Part shown: piece by piece, positions 1 through 8,875 of the stretch
Numbering within the stretch: position 1 is the first letter of the stretch
How the letters are laid out: each line of letters begins with the position of its first letter
Virus record (IMG/VR): IMGVR_UViG_3300025648_000012
Coordinates: 64,001-128,000 of that record
DNA: 64,000 nt
Direction: 5' to 3' (one strand)
Origin: a virus
Program-made: the position numbers and the translations under genes
The notes under the pieces: model-generated
The model's database searches: none
What the model saw: the letters and a program-made list of their open reading frames with translations, nothing else
Told to the model about the DNA's origin: nothing

Positions 1-1305
1 CCAGATTTAACCCTATTCCAGAAAGGGTCAATAATGCCAAGTTCCGAGTTAGTTAGCTGGGCTAAACTAACTAGCTATTTGGTTCCTAACTTTTTAATAA
101 CTTTAGTTTCCAGCAAGGGAACAAAGCAATTCAAAAGCAAAGGACCACAGGAATATATTAAAGATAGGCTGGAAGAGCAGGGAGGAGAGCAACTTGGTAA
201 AACCTTCCAATACTCTTCTCGAGAATTGGACGTTGCTGTGGCTTTCTGCAACTATGAAGGCTCTGGAGTTAATTCTTACACTAATGGACTACTCAACAAA
301 GATGGTGGGGACCATTATGAAGCGCTTAAAGATTCATTGTTTAAGAGCTTGGTTAACCTTAAAAAAGTAAAGCAAAAATTTACAAAGGCAGATGTGGTAG
401 ATGGGTTAATTGGTCTTATAAATTACAAGATTGCAGCCCCCAAGTTTAACAATCAACCGAAGGATAAGCTCATTGATGACCGGGTATATCCTGTAGCTGT
501 AGAGCAACTAACTAAAGCCTGGTTAGAGTTTTGGAAAACTCATAAATCCATGCTAAATGAGGTTTTGGAAAGAGCGTCTCTCCTTAGGTCTAAGACAGCG
601 GACTTTTTGAAGGACAAAAAATTAGTTAAGAATGTTAACGCTCAGAAGAAAAAGCAGTCAGCGAAATTTGGAACCATTCAAGGTAAGTGTCCAATAGATA
701 AACGTGAGCTAATATTGGTAGAGGGAGACTCGGCGGGCGGAGAAGCGAAAAAAGCTAGGGATAAAACTTTCCAAGCTATTTATCCACTCAAAGGTAAACC
801 GCTAAATGTAATGGAAGTTGGAATAGATAAGATAAATAGCAATGAAGAAATTGTAGGGTTATTAGCAGCATTAGATGTAGACTTATCTGGTAAATCGCAA
901 GATATTCCCTATGGTAAGATTATTCTTATGAGTGATGCAGATGTAGACGGAAAGCATATTGGCGTTTTATTACTTGGATTCCTATATAAATACTTACCAA
1001 ATCTTTTCAAACTAGGTAAGGTTTATGCGGTAAGGGCGCCATTATTCAAAGGGCACCACAAAGGTAAAACGTTATTTGGTATGACAAAAGAAGAGGTATA
1101 TAAGCAAGCGGGAACAGATAAAGTCCAACTATCTTACCTAAAAGGTTGGGGTGAAATTTCTGGCACTGATTTAGCGTGTGGATTGAAGCCTGGAGTAAGA
1201 AAGTTATACAAACTACAACCTCCTGAAAATGCAGACAAAAAGGACTTTGAAAAGTTGCTTGGTACTTCTCCAGATTTTAGGAAGAAACTTTTGGGAGTGG
1301 CGTAA
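1..1305 (+). CDS. gyrB: Type IIA DNA topoisomerase subunit B (GyrB/ParE-like), 5'-truncated by the window
   Basis: TOPRIM motifs EGDSA, PLKGK, DADVDG and YLKGWGE. The frame is open back to base 1 (PDLTLF...), so the ATPase N-terminus lies upstream. Confidence 0.93.
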   Translation, partial: PDLTLFQKGSIMPSSELVSWAKLTSYLVPNFLITLVSSKGTKQFKSKGPQEYIKDRLEEQGGEQLGKTFQYSSRELDVAVAFCNYEGSGVNSYTNGLLNKDGGDHYEALKDSLFKSLVNLKKVKQKFTKADVVDGLIGLINYKIAAPKFNNQPKDKLIDDRVYPVAVEQLTKAWLEFWKTHKSMLNEVLERASLLRSKTADFLKDKKLVKNVNAQKKKQSAKFGTIQGKCPIDKRELILVEGDSAGGEAKKARDKTFQAIYPLKGKPLNVMEVGIDKINSNEEIVGLLAALDVDLSGKSQDIPYGKIILMSDADVDGKHIGVLLLGFLYKYLPNLFKLGKVYAVRAPLFKGHHKGKTLFGMTKEEVYKQAGTDKVQLSYLKGWGEISGTDLACGLKPGVRKLYKLQPPENADKKDFEKLLGTSPDFRKKLLGVA

Positions 1306-1308
1306 ACA

Positions 1309-3237
1309 ATGAAAACTACAACTGAAAAAGTAATAGAGAAATTTATAGAAGCCCCTTTCTTAAAATTCTCCTTACGTAACTACAAAGAATATGGAATTGC
1401 AGTATTAGAAGACCGTGCAGTTCCAGCAATTCAGGATGGTCTAAAACCAGTGCATAGAAGAGCTATTTGGGCAGCACATTCTCTTGGTGCTAATTCTACA
1501 AGTAGGTGGGTTAAATCAGCAAGGGTTGTTGGAGATGTAATTGGTAGATTTCACCCTCACGGTGACTGCCTTCGGGGGGATACTATTGTACCGTTACTAA
1601 ATGGAGAAACCCCAACTATAAAGGAGTTAGCGGAAAATTACTTAAGTAAAAAATGGGTTCTATCTTATGATAGTAAAACTAAAAAATATGTACGAGCTAG
1701 AGCCTATGCTTGGAGATTGGGTCAGATTACTGATACGTTTTATAGAATTACTCTGAATACTGGAGATGTACTTGAGGCCACAGGAAACCACAAGTTTTTT
1801 ACTGAAAGGGGCCAAATAGAGATCAGTAACCTAACTATGGATGATATCTTAATAGGAGGGTACACCTATCATATTTCCAAGGACGCTGTACCTCATTGGA
1901 GAATTTTCGCTATAGAAAAAATAGTCTTAAAACACAAAGAAGAATTTTACGATTTTACAGTCGATGGCTATGCTAACATGATAGTTTGTCCTGCGGGCAA
2001 TCCTTCGACATTTGTCGTAGTACACAACTCATCGGCATACGGAGCTATAGTTGGAATGACCAATGTAGGTAAGTCAATAAATAACATCCCTATTGGTTTG
2101 TTTGAAGGTGGTGGAAACTGGGGCAGTTGGAGTTCTCATACCGCTGCTGCCTACAGATATACTGAATTAAAACTTTCAAAATTTACTGACTCAGTATTGC
2201 TAAACCCTTTTTACTTACCCGTAATTGAGTACGGTCCTAACTTTGATGATTCCACAGTAGAGCCCTTGGTATTGCCTGCTCTACTTCCTATATTATTCCT
2301 TAACGGGTCATCAGGTATGGCTCCTGGTGCTAGATCTGAAATACCTAGTTGTACGCTAAAAAGCGTAATTCAGACACTGAATGAGATATATTCAGGACTG
2401 CCTATAACCCCTGAGTTGCTATATAGGAATCTTAGGTTTAGGTCTTGCTATGGGGCTTTGGAAGACAAACCAATAGGCTCAGAAGTTGAAGAAAGAAAGT
2501 CAATTTTCAAAACTATGAAAGGGTCTGTTCTCCTTCATTCAAACTTTAAGGAAGTTAAACCCAATGTTTGGGAGGCTACAACTTTTGGCCCTGTAGCGGA
2601 TTCCCCTTCCATTATTGACCGAATACGTAACAGAGTTTCGTCTGTAGTATCAGTGGAAGACAGTTCAGATTCAGATTCAAAATTTGGAAAACTTACTGTA
2701 GTGTTTAAGCGGGGAGTAGAAGATTCTGACATTGAAAAAGTTAGAACCATTCTTGATTCTAAAGAAAACTATATTCTAAACCTTACTGACCGCTATGTAG
2801 ACGAAAAAGGCCTACTGGCAGCCCGTTTGTTTAATGCTTCTCTTACAGAAGCTTTTAAGAAATGGATTGAATTTAGAATTGACCTAGAAGTTAAAGCTTG
2901 TTCCTATTGGATTGAAGAGTATAAAATTCAACTAGCTAAAACTAAATTGCTAATGTTAGCAGTTGACAATGTTGATATAATTCTTAAATCCTTAAAGCGT
3001 AAGGAAAAACAATTAGAATTAGAGATATGGCTAGCAAAGGAATTAAAAATATCAGTGGAGGACGCCAAGACAATTTATTCTTTGCAGGTTAGGCAATTGC
3101 GGTCATTAGAAAGAGAACCCCTTGAGGAAAAAGAAAAGTCGTTGCTAGCTAAGTCTAAAAAGTTAGACCAGAGAAGAAAAGATCCATTCCCTTTTATGAA
3201 GTCCCAGTTAAATGAGCTATTTCTGCCAGAAAAATAA
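1309..3237 (+). CDS. gyrA: Type IIA DNA topoisomerase subunit A (GyrA/ParC-like) with an intein
   Basis: RAVPAIQDGLKPVHRR, KSARVVGDVIGRFHPHGD, catalytic AAYRYT and EPLVLPALLP. No beta-pinwheel C-terminal domain. Confidence 0.93.
   Translation: MKTTTEKVIEKFIEAPFLKFSLRNYKEYGIAVLEDRAVPAIQDGLKPVHRRAIWAAHSLGANSTSRWVKSARVVGDVIGRFHPHGDCLRGDTIVPLLNGETPTIKELAENYLSKKWVLSYDSKTKKYVRARAYAWRLGQITDTFYRITLNTGDVLEATGNHKFFTERGQIEISNLTMDDILIGGYTYHISKDAVPHWRIFAIEKIVLKHKEEFYDFTVDGYANMIVCPAGNPSTFVVVHNSSAYGAIVGMTNVGKSINNIPIGLFEGGGNWGSWSSHTAAAYRYTELKLSKFTDSVLLNPFYLPVIEYGPNFDDSTVEPLVLPALLPILFLNGSSGMAPGARSEIPSCTLKSVIQTLNEIYSGLPITPELLYRNLRFRSCYGALEDKPIGSEVEERKSIFKTMKGSVLLHSNFKEVKPNVWEATTFGPVADSPSIIDRIRNRVSSVVSVEDSSDSDSKFGKLTVVFKRGVEDSDIEKVRTILDSKENYILNLTDRYVDEKGLLAARLFNASLTEAFKKWIEFRIDLEVKACSYWIEEYKIQLAKTKLLMLAVDNVDIILKSLKRKEKQLELEIWLAKELKISVEDAKTIYSLQVRQLRSLEREPLEEKEKSLLAKSKKLDQRRKDPFPFMKSQLNELFLPEK
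1567..2028 (+). mobile_element. Mini-intein (154 aa, no homing endonuclease) in topoisomerase A
   Basis: Interrupts HPHGD|SSAY. Block A CLRGDT, block B ATGNHKF, block F FYDFTV, block G VVHN followed by Ser+1. Confidence 0.93.
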
Positions 3238-3239
3238 AT

Positions 3240-3268
3240 TTGACAATTTTTCAAAAGCTATTTATAAT
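3240..3268 (+). promoter_or_regulatory. Consensus sigma70 promoter
   Basis: TTGACA (3240-3245), 17-nt spacer, TATAAT (3263-3268), intergenic and upstream of ORF 3340. Confidence 0.88.
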
Positions 3269-3339
3269 ATAATTGTGGTAGAATAGAACCACGATTTTAA
3301 CTTTGTGAAAAACTTAATCTCAATAAAGGGGAATTAAAA

Positions 3340-3798
3340 ATGAGCACTAAATCAAAAGTACTATTTACTATTCCGGTGGACATTACGGTTGCTATGCTAA
3401 ACAACTTTGTTAATGCTGGGCTAACATATGACGAGAATTGCGTAGACAGTGATACCTACACGCAAAGCGTGGTTAAAAAAGTACTGGGTGGTAAAACTAA
3501 CTTGATGACTAATATAAAAGAAAATACTATGAAGGATGAGTGCAGTCTAACCTATATCAAAAAGTTAGTTGAATACCAACTTAAGTACCAGGTGAGCGAA
3601 GAAGCTATTAAAGATGGGCGTGGCGTAGATTTCTATTTTTCTGAATTACCCAAGGATTCTTACTATCAACGACTAGTGAAAGTGCTGGACAGGGAGCAAG
3701 AAGTTTTTGACAGTCAAAAGGTGATTCCCGATCCCGAGGAGAAAGAAGCTATTGACCTTCTCAAAAACCGTGGGTACCGGTTTACCCGAGGTGATTAG
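3340..3798 (+). CDS. Hypothetical protein (probable early gene)
   Basis: 152-aa ORF with an AGGGG RBS, directly behind the sigma70 promoter. Confidence 0.7.
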   Translation: MSTKSKVLFTIPVDITVAMLNNFVNAGLTYDENCVDSDTYTQSVVKKVLGGKTNLMTNIKENTMKDECSLTYIKKLVEYQLKYQVSEEAIKDGRGVDFYFSELPKDSYYQRLVKVLDREQEVFDSQKVIPDPEEKEAIDLLKNRGYRFTRGD

Positions 3799-3822
3799 TA
3801 AGCGATTACAATTACAACTTTG

Positions 3823-3865
3823 TGGAAGGCTAAATATTGAAAAGGGAATTTAGCCTTCCATTTCT
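3823..3865 (+). terminator. Hairpin, probable intrinsic terminator
   Basis: 13-bp perfect inverted repeat TGGAAGGCTAAAT/ATTTAGCCTTCCA followed by TTTCT. Confidence 0.55.
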
Positions 3866-3880
3866 AAAAGGATATCAAAA

Positions 3881-4117
3881 ATGAAAGCTAAAACTAAAGA
3901 AATAGAGCCCCCATTTCCGGTCGAAATTTTGGATAAAGAACCAGTATTAGTACGGAATAAATATAGTGGGGAAAGTTGTATGCTAACACCTTTAGCAGTA
4001 GCAGTATATGAGACAATTATTGGGGCTGAATATTTAGGGCATTACGATACAATGAGTATGGGCCTCTATTGGTTTCGGGTAAATTTCCCTGATGAGTATT
4101 ATATTCTTTTGGATTGA
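3881..4117 (+). CDS. Hypothetical protein
   Basis: 78-aa ORF with an AAGGA RBS. Confidence 0.65.
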   Translation: MKAKTKEIEPPFPVEILDKEPVLVRNKYSGESCMLTPLAVAVYETIIGAEYLGHYDTMSMGLYWFRVNFPDEYYILLD

Positions 4118-4134
4118 AGGTCAAACCAATTTAA

Positions 4135-4178
4135 CTGTATCAAACCTGTATCAAACCTGTATCAAACCTGTATCAAAC
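4135..4178. repeat. Four perfect tandem copies of the 11-mer CTGTATCAAAC
   Basis: Copies start at 4135, 4146, 4157 and 4168. Confidence 0.95.
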
Positions 4179-4232
4179 GGTTATACCGGAAACCGTAATC
4201 AATTCCGGTACTCTAAATTTAGGAGAAACACA

Positions 4233-4589
4233 ATGAGTAATACTCAAGCATCAAAAGCAATTACTAAGTTGGAAAAAGCTGCTGCCAAGCTACAAGCTGC
4301 AGCAAATAAAACAGCTTTGGGATATGAAAAAGCATTTAATGCTAAAGTTCAAAAGTTGGAAACCAAGCTTTCAAAACAACTGAGTAAACTTGAAGCGAAA
4401 AAGAACAAGCTTCTTCAAGTCGAAGCAAAGGAATCTGCTAAAACTGAAAAGAAGATTGCTAAAACGACTGCTAAGGCTGCAGCAAAAGCTCCTGCCAAAG
4501 CAGCAAAGACAGTAGCAAAAGCCCCCATTGTTGCTGCCTCTAAAAAGGCTCCAGCAAAAGCTAAGCCTAAGACTGCTCAAAAGGCGTAA
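4233..4589 (+). CDS. Lys/Ala-rich histone-H1-like DNA-binding protein
   Basis: AGGAG RBS before ATG 4233 (preferred over 4092). C-terminal KAAAKAPAKAAK and KKAPAKAKPK repeats. Confidence 0.7.
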   Translation: MSNTQASKAITKLEKAAAKLQAAANKTALGYEKAFNAKVQKLETKLSKQLSKLEAKKNKLLQVEAKESAKTEKKIAKTTAKAAAKAPAKAAKTVAKAPIVAASKKAPAKAKPKTAQKA

Positions 4590-4603
4590 GGTAATCGGGC
4601 TAT

Positions 4604-4650
4604 TTAGTGGGTGGTAAAACTGTAAAAAGGGGGTTACCACCCACTAAGTT
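4604..4650 (+). terminator. Hairpin (terminator or regulatory)
   Basis: 14-bp perfect inverted repeat TTAGTGGGTGGTAA/TTACCACCCACTAA directly after the histone-like gene. Confidence 0.55.
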
Positions 4651-4682
4651 TACACAGGCGAAACCATAGAAGGGGAATAAAA

Positions 4683-5636
4683 GTGGATGCTAAAGCTACT
4701 GGTAAAGTAAGTGCAAAAGAAAATTTAGACGTATATGTTGAAAACCCTGTGGTATCAGAGGAAGTACAAAAAGAAATTAAAGCCAATTTTTCGGAAGCAA
4801 AACAAAAGCAATTTACTGCCTTTAAACTTAATGCTTTGGAGTTAGTAGATAGATGTGCTTCTCTAGCCTCGGAATCAATCCCCCGTCAATTACGGGATAT
4901 TACAACTTGTTTGGAAGATTTGATTCCCAAGCTTCGTACATTTTCAGTAATGGGTGGAAAAATTATTTTGGATAAAATTCAAAATGAATTAGTTTCCATT
5001 CAAGAAGGGCTATTGTCAGGGGCCATTAAAGGGGTAACACCTACAACTATTACTGCTCTAACAACCTTGGTTAAATCTGTTGAAGAAAAAATATCATCTC
5101 AGCATGAAAAAGCTAGAGATGATTCCTTTAGCGACGAATCGCTGAATACAGCACAAAAGGTATTTAACACCAAGCACTCTAAACTTCCAGCACTTGGAAA
5201 GGATACCCCATTCAAAATTGCAAAAGGGGCTATTACTTTTACCGCAAAAGGGAAGGTATTTTCTCAACCTACATTTATGGTAAATGTTGAAAAGTTAAAC
5301 CGCTTGGGGTTTAAGTCTTCCATATTTGAAGGATATTGCGTCATTGAAAACCAAACATTACTTGGAATAAGCAATGCTTCCATTCCAACAAAAGAAGTAG
5401 GTAAAAAGGTAGGTGAAGGTAAGACTTTTGTTGAGAAAAAGAAAACAAAAACTTCCTTTGACGTGGCTAAAGAAGTTCTAAAATCCATTATTCAAAAAAC
5501 AGGTAAGCATTGGATGTTTGTATCTTCTGAACCGAATCCAGTTTCAGGAGGAAATTGGTTTTGGATTATACCGGAAGCAGATCTCCAACTTTTACAATCC
5601 GTTAATAGAAAGTTTCCTTCTTGGGGAGTATTTTAA
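4683..5636 (+). CDS. Hypothetical protein
   Basis: 317-aa ORF, GTG start with a GGGG RBS. Confidence 0.7.
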   Translation: MDAKATGKVSAKENLDVYVENPVVSEEVQKEIKANFSEAKQKQFTAFKLNALELVDRCASLASESIPRQLRDITTCLEDLIPKLRTFSVMGGKIILDKIQNELVSIQEGLLSGAIKGVTPTTITALTTLVKSVEEKISSQHEKARDDSFSDESLNTAQKVFNTKHSKLPALGKDTPFKIAKGAITFTAKGKVFSQPTFMVNVEKLNRLGFKSSIFEGYCVIENQTLLGISNASIPTKEVGKKVGEGKTFVEKKKTKTSFDVAKEVLKSIIQKTGKHWMFVSSEPNPVSGGNWFWIIPEADLQLLQSVNRKFPSWGVF

Positions 5637-6166
5637 TGTTAAACCATAAGCTTTATAGAAGCAAAGTTTACCCAACAAATGACGTATTGGATTACTTTGT
5701 TGCCCTATTTGCATCAACTCCTTTGGAGGTGGGGTCAGATTTTGGAGTAATTTTAGGGTCATCCTATACAGAGTTTGAGACTTTTCCTACAGAAGTGTAC
5801 GAGTTTAAGCCTGGCTCTTTGGGAGTTTGGTACGATAGTATCTCAAACCATTCTTCACTTATACTTCCATTGCGGGCAGGCCCAAAGGCAATTAGTAGGT
5901 GGCAGCAAATAGGAGATGAACACTTTTCAGTGTTCATACCCTTTGTAGTTTTAGCGGATTACCAAAAAGGTCTTCGCCATAGAAGGAAGGCATTTTTAAA
6001 CTCTATTAGTGATTCACTGATTCAATCTAACTATACTTTAACGTTTCATGGAGAACAGTTAATTGAGTATGATAACTCACTACCTATACATTCAGATTTT
6101 ATTTTTGATATAGTTAATAGGTCAGCGTCTATATTTGCAGAAGAATTGCAAGAAGAAACCGATTGA
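5636..6166 (+). CDS. Hypothetical protein
   Basis: ATG overlaps the upstream stop (TAATG). About 176 aa. Confidence 0.65.
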   Translation: MLNHKLYRSKVYPTNDVLDYFVALFASTPLEVGSDFGVILGSSYTEFETFPTEVYEFKPGSLGVWYDSISNHSSLILPLRAGPKAISRWQQIGDEHFSVFIPFVVLADYQKGLRHRRKAFLNSISDSLIQSNYTLTFHGEQLIEYDNSLPIHSDFIFDIVNRSASIFAEELQEETD

Positions 6167-6175
6167 GGTGACTTT

Positions 6176-6631
6176 ATGGCTTTCAAAAATAAAATTGTAG
6201 GAGATACTGATAAATGCTTTGTGTGTTTTTCACCTTTTAGAGAAAATGGTGGAACTTTGAATTGCGAAATTCACCATATAATTCCAAGAGCATTTGGAGG
6301 CACAAAAGGGCCAGTAGTTTATTTGTGTGAAAACCACCATACTCTAATTCACGAGGTAGCTAAAAAGTTAGTAAAGTCGAAACCCATAAAGAACCTTTTA
6401 CAGAATGAAAAAGTTGGCCTTCGTAAAATTATTTATTTAGCGCAAAGTATAGCAAAAGCAGAGGTAGCTTTTGGAGAAGATGAAAATAAACACCTATTGC
6501 TAGCTTTAAGAGTAAGTAAAACAGTAATGCAAGTATTAGATAAGTATAGGGGTAAGTTAAGCAGACAAGAGTTCGTACTATCTTCTGTAATTGAAAGGCT
6601 AAAAAGAGTGCACGAAAGTAAACAAACTTAA
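6176..6631 (+). CDS. HNH endonuclease-family protein
   Basis: CFVC...EIHHIIPRAFGG...LCENHHTLIH. The C-terminus may be ribbon-helix-helix-like. Confidence 0.8.
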   Translation: MAFKNKIVGDTDKCFVCFSPFRENGGTLNCEIHHIIPRAFGGTKGPVVYLCENHHTLIHEVAKKLVKSKPIKNLLQNEKVGLRKIIYLAQSIAKAEVAFGEDENKHLLLALRVSKTVMQVLDKYRGKLSRQEFVLSSVIERLKRVHESKQT

Positions 6632-6643
6632 AGGAGAATTAAA

Positions 6644-6871
6644 ATGGACAATGGATTATTAGTTTTGATTGGATTTTTAGTAGTTTTTATTGGCTATTTT
6701 ATTCCAGGTATTATAGCCTCTAAAAGAAAGCACCAAGACGCGGGAGCTATATGGGTTGTAAACATATTTCTTGGGTGGACATTCTTGGGGTGGGTTGCCG
6801 CACTTATTTGGGCAAACACTCGAGTAGTTGCAAATAACAATGGAGTGGTTATTAACAATATTTCAACTTGA
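6644..6871 (+). CDS. imm: Superinfection immunity membrane protein (T4 Imm-like)
   Basis: YFIPGIIA..RKH....IWVVNIFLGWTFLGWVAALIWA signature. Confidence 0.9.
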   Translation: MDNGLLVLIGFLVVFIGYFIPGIIASKRKHQDAGAIWVVNIFLGWTFLGWVAALIWANTRVVANNNGVVINNIST

Positions 6872-6892
6872 AATTTAAAAGGAGAATGAAAA

Positions 6893-7108
6893 ATGCTCCA
6901 AGAAATTAATCTAAACAAGCCTTCGTTACCTAAACAATGGAGGCATTGGTGCAAAGAGGTAGGACTTAAACTGATTAGTAAACACGACAAAAATTGGAAT
7001 CGCTTTGCGTATATGAGAGGAAAAGGCCGATATTGGCGAGTAAACGCCTCTGGAGTATTTGAGTGCTCTTGTCCTATTCCTTTTTTGATAGATGGGCAAA
7101 CAGCCTAG
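6893..7108 (+). CDS. Hypothetical protein, possibly frameshifted at a T6 run
   Basis: AAGGAG RBS. The -1 frame after T6 (7081-7086) continues to ~7197. Confidence 0.55.
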   Translation: MLQEINLNKPSLPKQWRHWCKEVGLKLISKHDKNWNRFAYMRGKGRYWRVNASGVFECSCPIPFLIDGQTA

Positions 7109-7226
7109 GTGCAGCAAGTGTGAAGCTTCCAAATACCTTAACTGAGTTTAGATTAACAGTTTCGGATCTGGTGTTAAGGAGTGCAAGTAGTAGGTAAAGT
7201 GAGTAATTAAAAAAGGGGATTTAGTT

Positions 7227-7913
7227 ATGTTAAAGAAACCAGTTGATGTAGAACATGCCACTCGTGCATCCCTTGAAGCTGCAATGAAGTGTGGAGAGTG
7301 CCTTCATTTTAAAAATCTCCCATTAAGAAAAAATAAAGTACCTTGCCACCTTCTTGGAGTAAGGGCTTTTGCAGTTGCCCCGAAATGTTACACTCCAGAC
7401 GTTTCTCAACTTCAAATAGGGGCAGGTAACTTGGTAAGAATAGCCCTTTTATTTCAGTCAATGAACTCAAAGCAAAAAAGAATTTTAATGGCTACCCTAA
7501 AGCTCACAATGGGGCAATCTAAATTCAAGTTCGGAGAAAGGGTTTATTTAAAACCTGGTAGAGAGTATGTTCAAAATTATTTATCAGCAAACGTCATTGG
7601 AACGACCAGTTCTAAAACTCATGTTATTACCTGCGGAGAGCAGGACTTGGGTAGAACTTGGTTTGGGTACCTGGAGCAAAAAGACCTTTTAACTTTCCAG
7701 ATGTGGAAGGATAGAAGAGCCAAGTTAGTAAAAGAAGGTAAACTTGTGGATCCTAAAGCTCCAAAAAAGAAAGGAATAACAGAAACCAAGTTGGCCTCTG
7801 AAACGTTTGAACCGCCTGTTCCTACTATTGATAGTGGACCTAAAGAGAATAAAGAGAATAAACCAAAAAAGAAAGGAGTAAAAGATACGTATGAAACTTT
7901 AACTATTCGGTGA
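7227..7913 (+). CDS. Hypothetical protein with an N-terminal Cys cluster
   Basis: CGECLHF...C...C, 228 aa. Confidence 0.7.
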   Translation: MLKKPVDVEHATRASLEAAMKCGECLHFKNLPLRKNKVPCHLLGVRAFAVAPKCYTPDVSQLQIGAGNLVRIALLFQSMNSKQKRILMATLKLTMGQSKFKFGERVYLKPGREYVQNYLSANVIGTTSSKTHVITCGEQDLGRTWFGYLEQKDLLTFQMWKDRRAKLVKEGKLVDPKAPKKKGITETKLASETFEPPVPTIDSGPKENKENKPKKKGVKDTYETLTIR

Positions 7914-7923
7914 GAGAGTTTTC

Positions 7924-8832
7924 ATGGTACAGGGACTAACATTTGAGGAAGCTCAAGTAGTGTTTGATTACCTTTTTGGTAAAATAAACAAATGGGAAGT
8001 AAGAAAACTCCTACCTTCACATAAAGAAGTTTTTGCTAAGGTTAATCCAAACAAAGGGTATTTTTATAAGAATGCCAAGTTGTATCTTTGGGCATTAGCT
8101 AATTTTAGAAAGGGGGGTCAACAGCATGGGCCAGGTAAATTCCTAATTCAAAAAGAAGATGTTGCAGATTTACGGGCTATTGTACTCCCGTCAATTAGCA
8201 CCAAGTACCCGGTTTTAACTCTAAAGCAGTTTGAATTACTTGCTGATTCTTGCCTAATGAGTATTCTATCCTCTCAATGGATAGGAAAATTTATAAGCAA
8301 AAAATTGGTGTTTCTAAACAGGTTTGGACTTTCAAGAAACGATATAGAGTCCTCTTTAAGGGAAGCAGGATTTATTGCACTTTGTAAAAAGTATCCTTAC
8401 TACGAGTCTGAACTTCATGCAGTAAACGTGTGCAAAGCTGCTATGCACAATCATGCTTATAGATTGGTTGAGTACAACACTTGTCCTAAACGTGCAGTAC
8501 AAACAGTTTCCATGGACGCATTTTTAGGTACTTTTAGTCGAGTATCAACTCCAGCTACAGTAGAAACAGATGAGTGGGTAAATAAGCAAAGTCTGCTTTC
8601 TATTGAAAGTAAGCTTTCTCCAAGAGGAAAGCTATTTTTAGATTTAGCACAGGGAACATATAACGAAGAATTTTCTGCTATACTTGGAAAATCAAACTCA
8701 GATTTAGCTTTAGAGATGCCGTACGATGAATACCTAAGTAGAGTTAGAGCATTTGTGAGAGTATCATATTCTCAACAAGTCAAGTTCTTTAATGAAGTAA
8801 AAAGTAAGATGGTTTACAAAACCTGTAAATAA
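7924..8832 (+). CDS. Hypothetical protein, weak sigma-factor region-2-like segment
   Basis: DIESSLREAGFIAL...VNVCKAAMHNHAY loosely resembles sigma region 2. Confidence 0.4.
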   Translation: MVQGLTFEEAQVVFDYLFGKINKWEVRKLLPSHKEVFAKVNPNKGYFYKNAKLYLWALANFRKGGQQHGPGKFLIQKEDVADLRAIVLPSISTKYPVLTLKQFELLADSCLMSILSSQWIGKFISKKLVFLNRFGLSRNDIESSLREAGFIALCKKYPYYESELHAVNVCKAAMHNHAYRLVEYNTCPKRAVQTVSMDAFLGTFSRVSTPATVETDEWVNKQSLLSIESKLSPRGKLFLDLAQGTYNEEFSAILGKSNSDLALEMPYDEYLSRVRAFVRVSYSQQVKFFNEVKSKMVYKTCK

Positions 8833-8875
8833 GAGGGTAGCATGTCAAAAGTAGTTAAACTTTAAGGAGAGTAAA

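Noticed and set aside
4135-4178. Tandem repeat as a mini-CRISPR
   Set aside because: The 11-bp units have no spacers and there are no cas genes.
4092-4232. N-terminal extension of the histone-like ORF from 4092
   Set aside because: It merely reads through the tandem repeat. The strong RBS precedes ATG 4233.
5636-6166. Second degenerate 2H phosphoesterase
   Set aside because: Only a vague pattern (LILPL...FIPFVVL...LTFHGE) with no HxT/S motif. Not supportable without a profile search.
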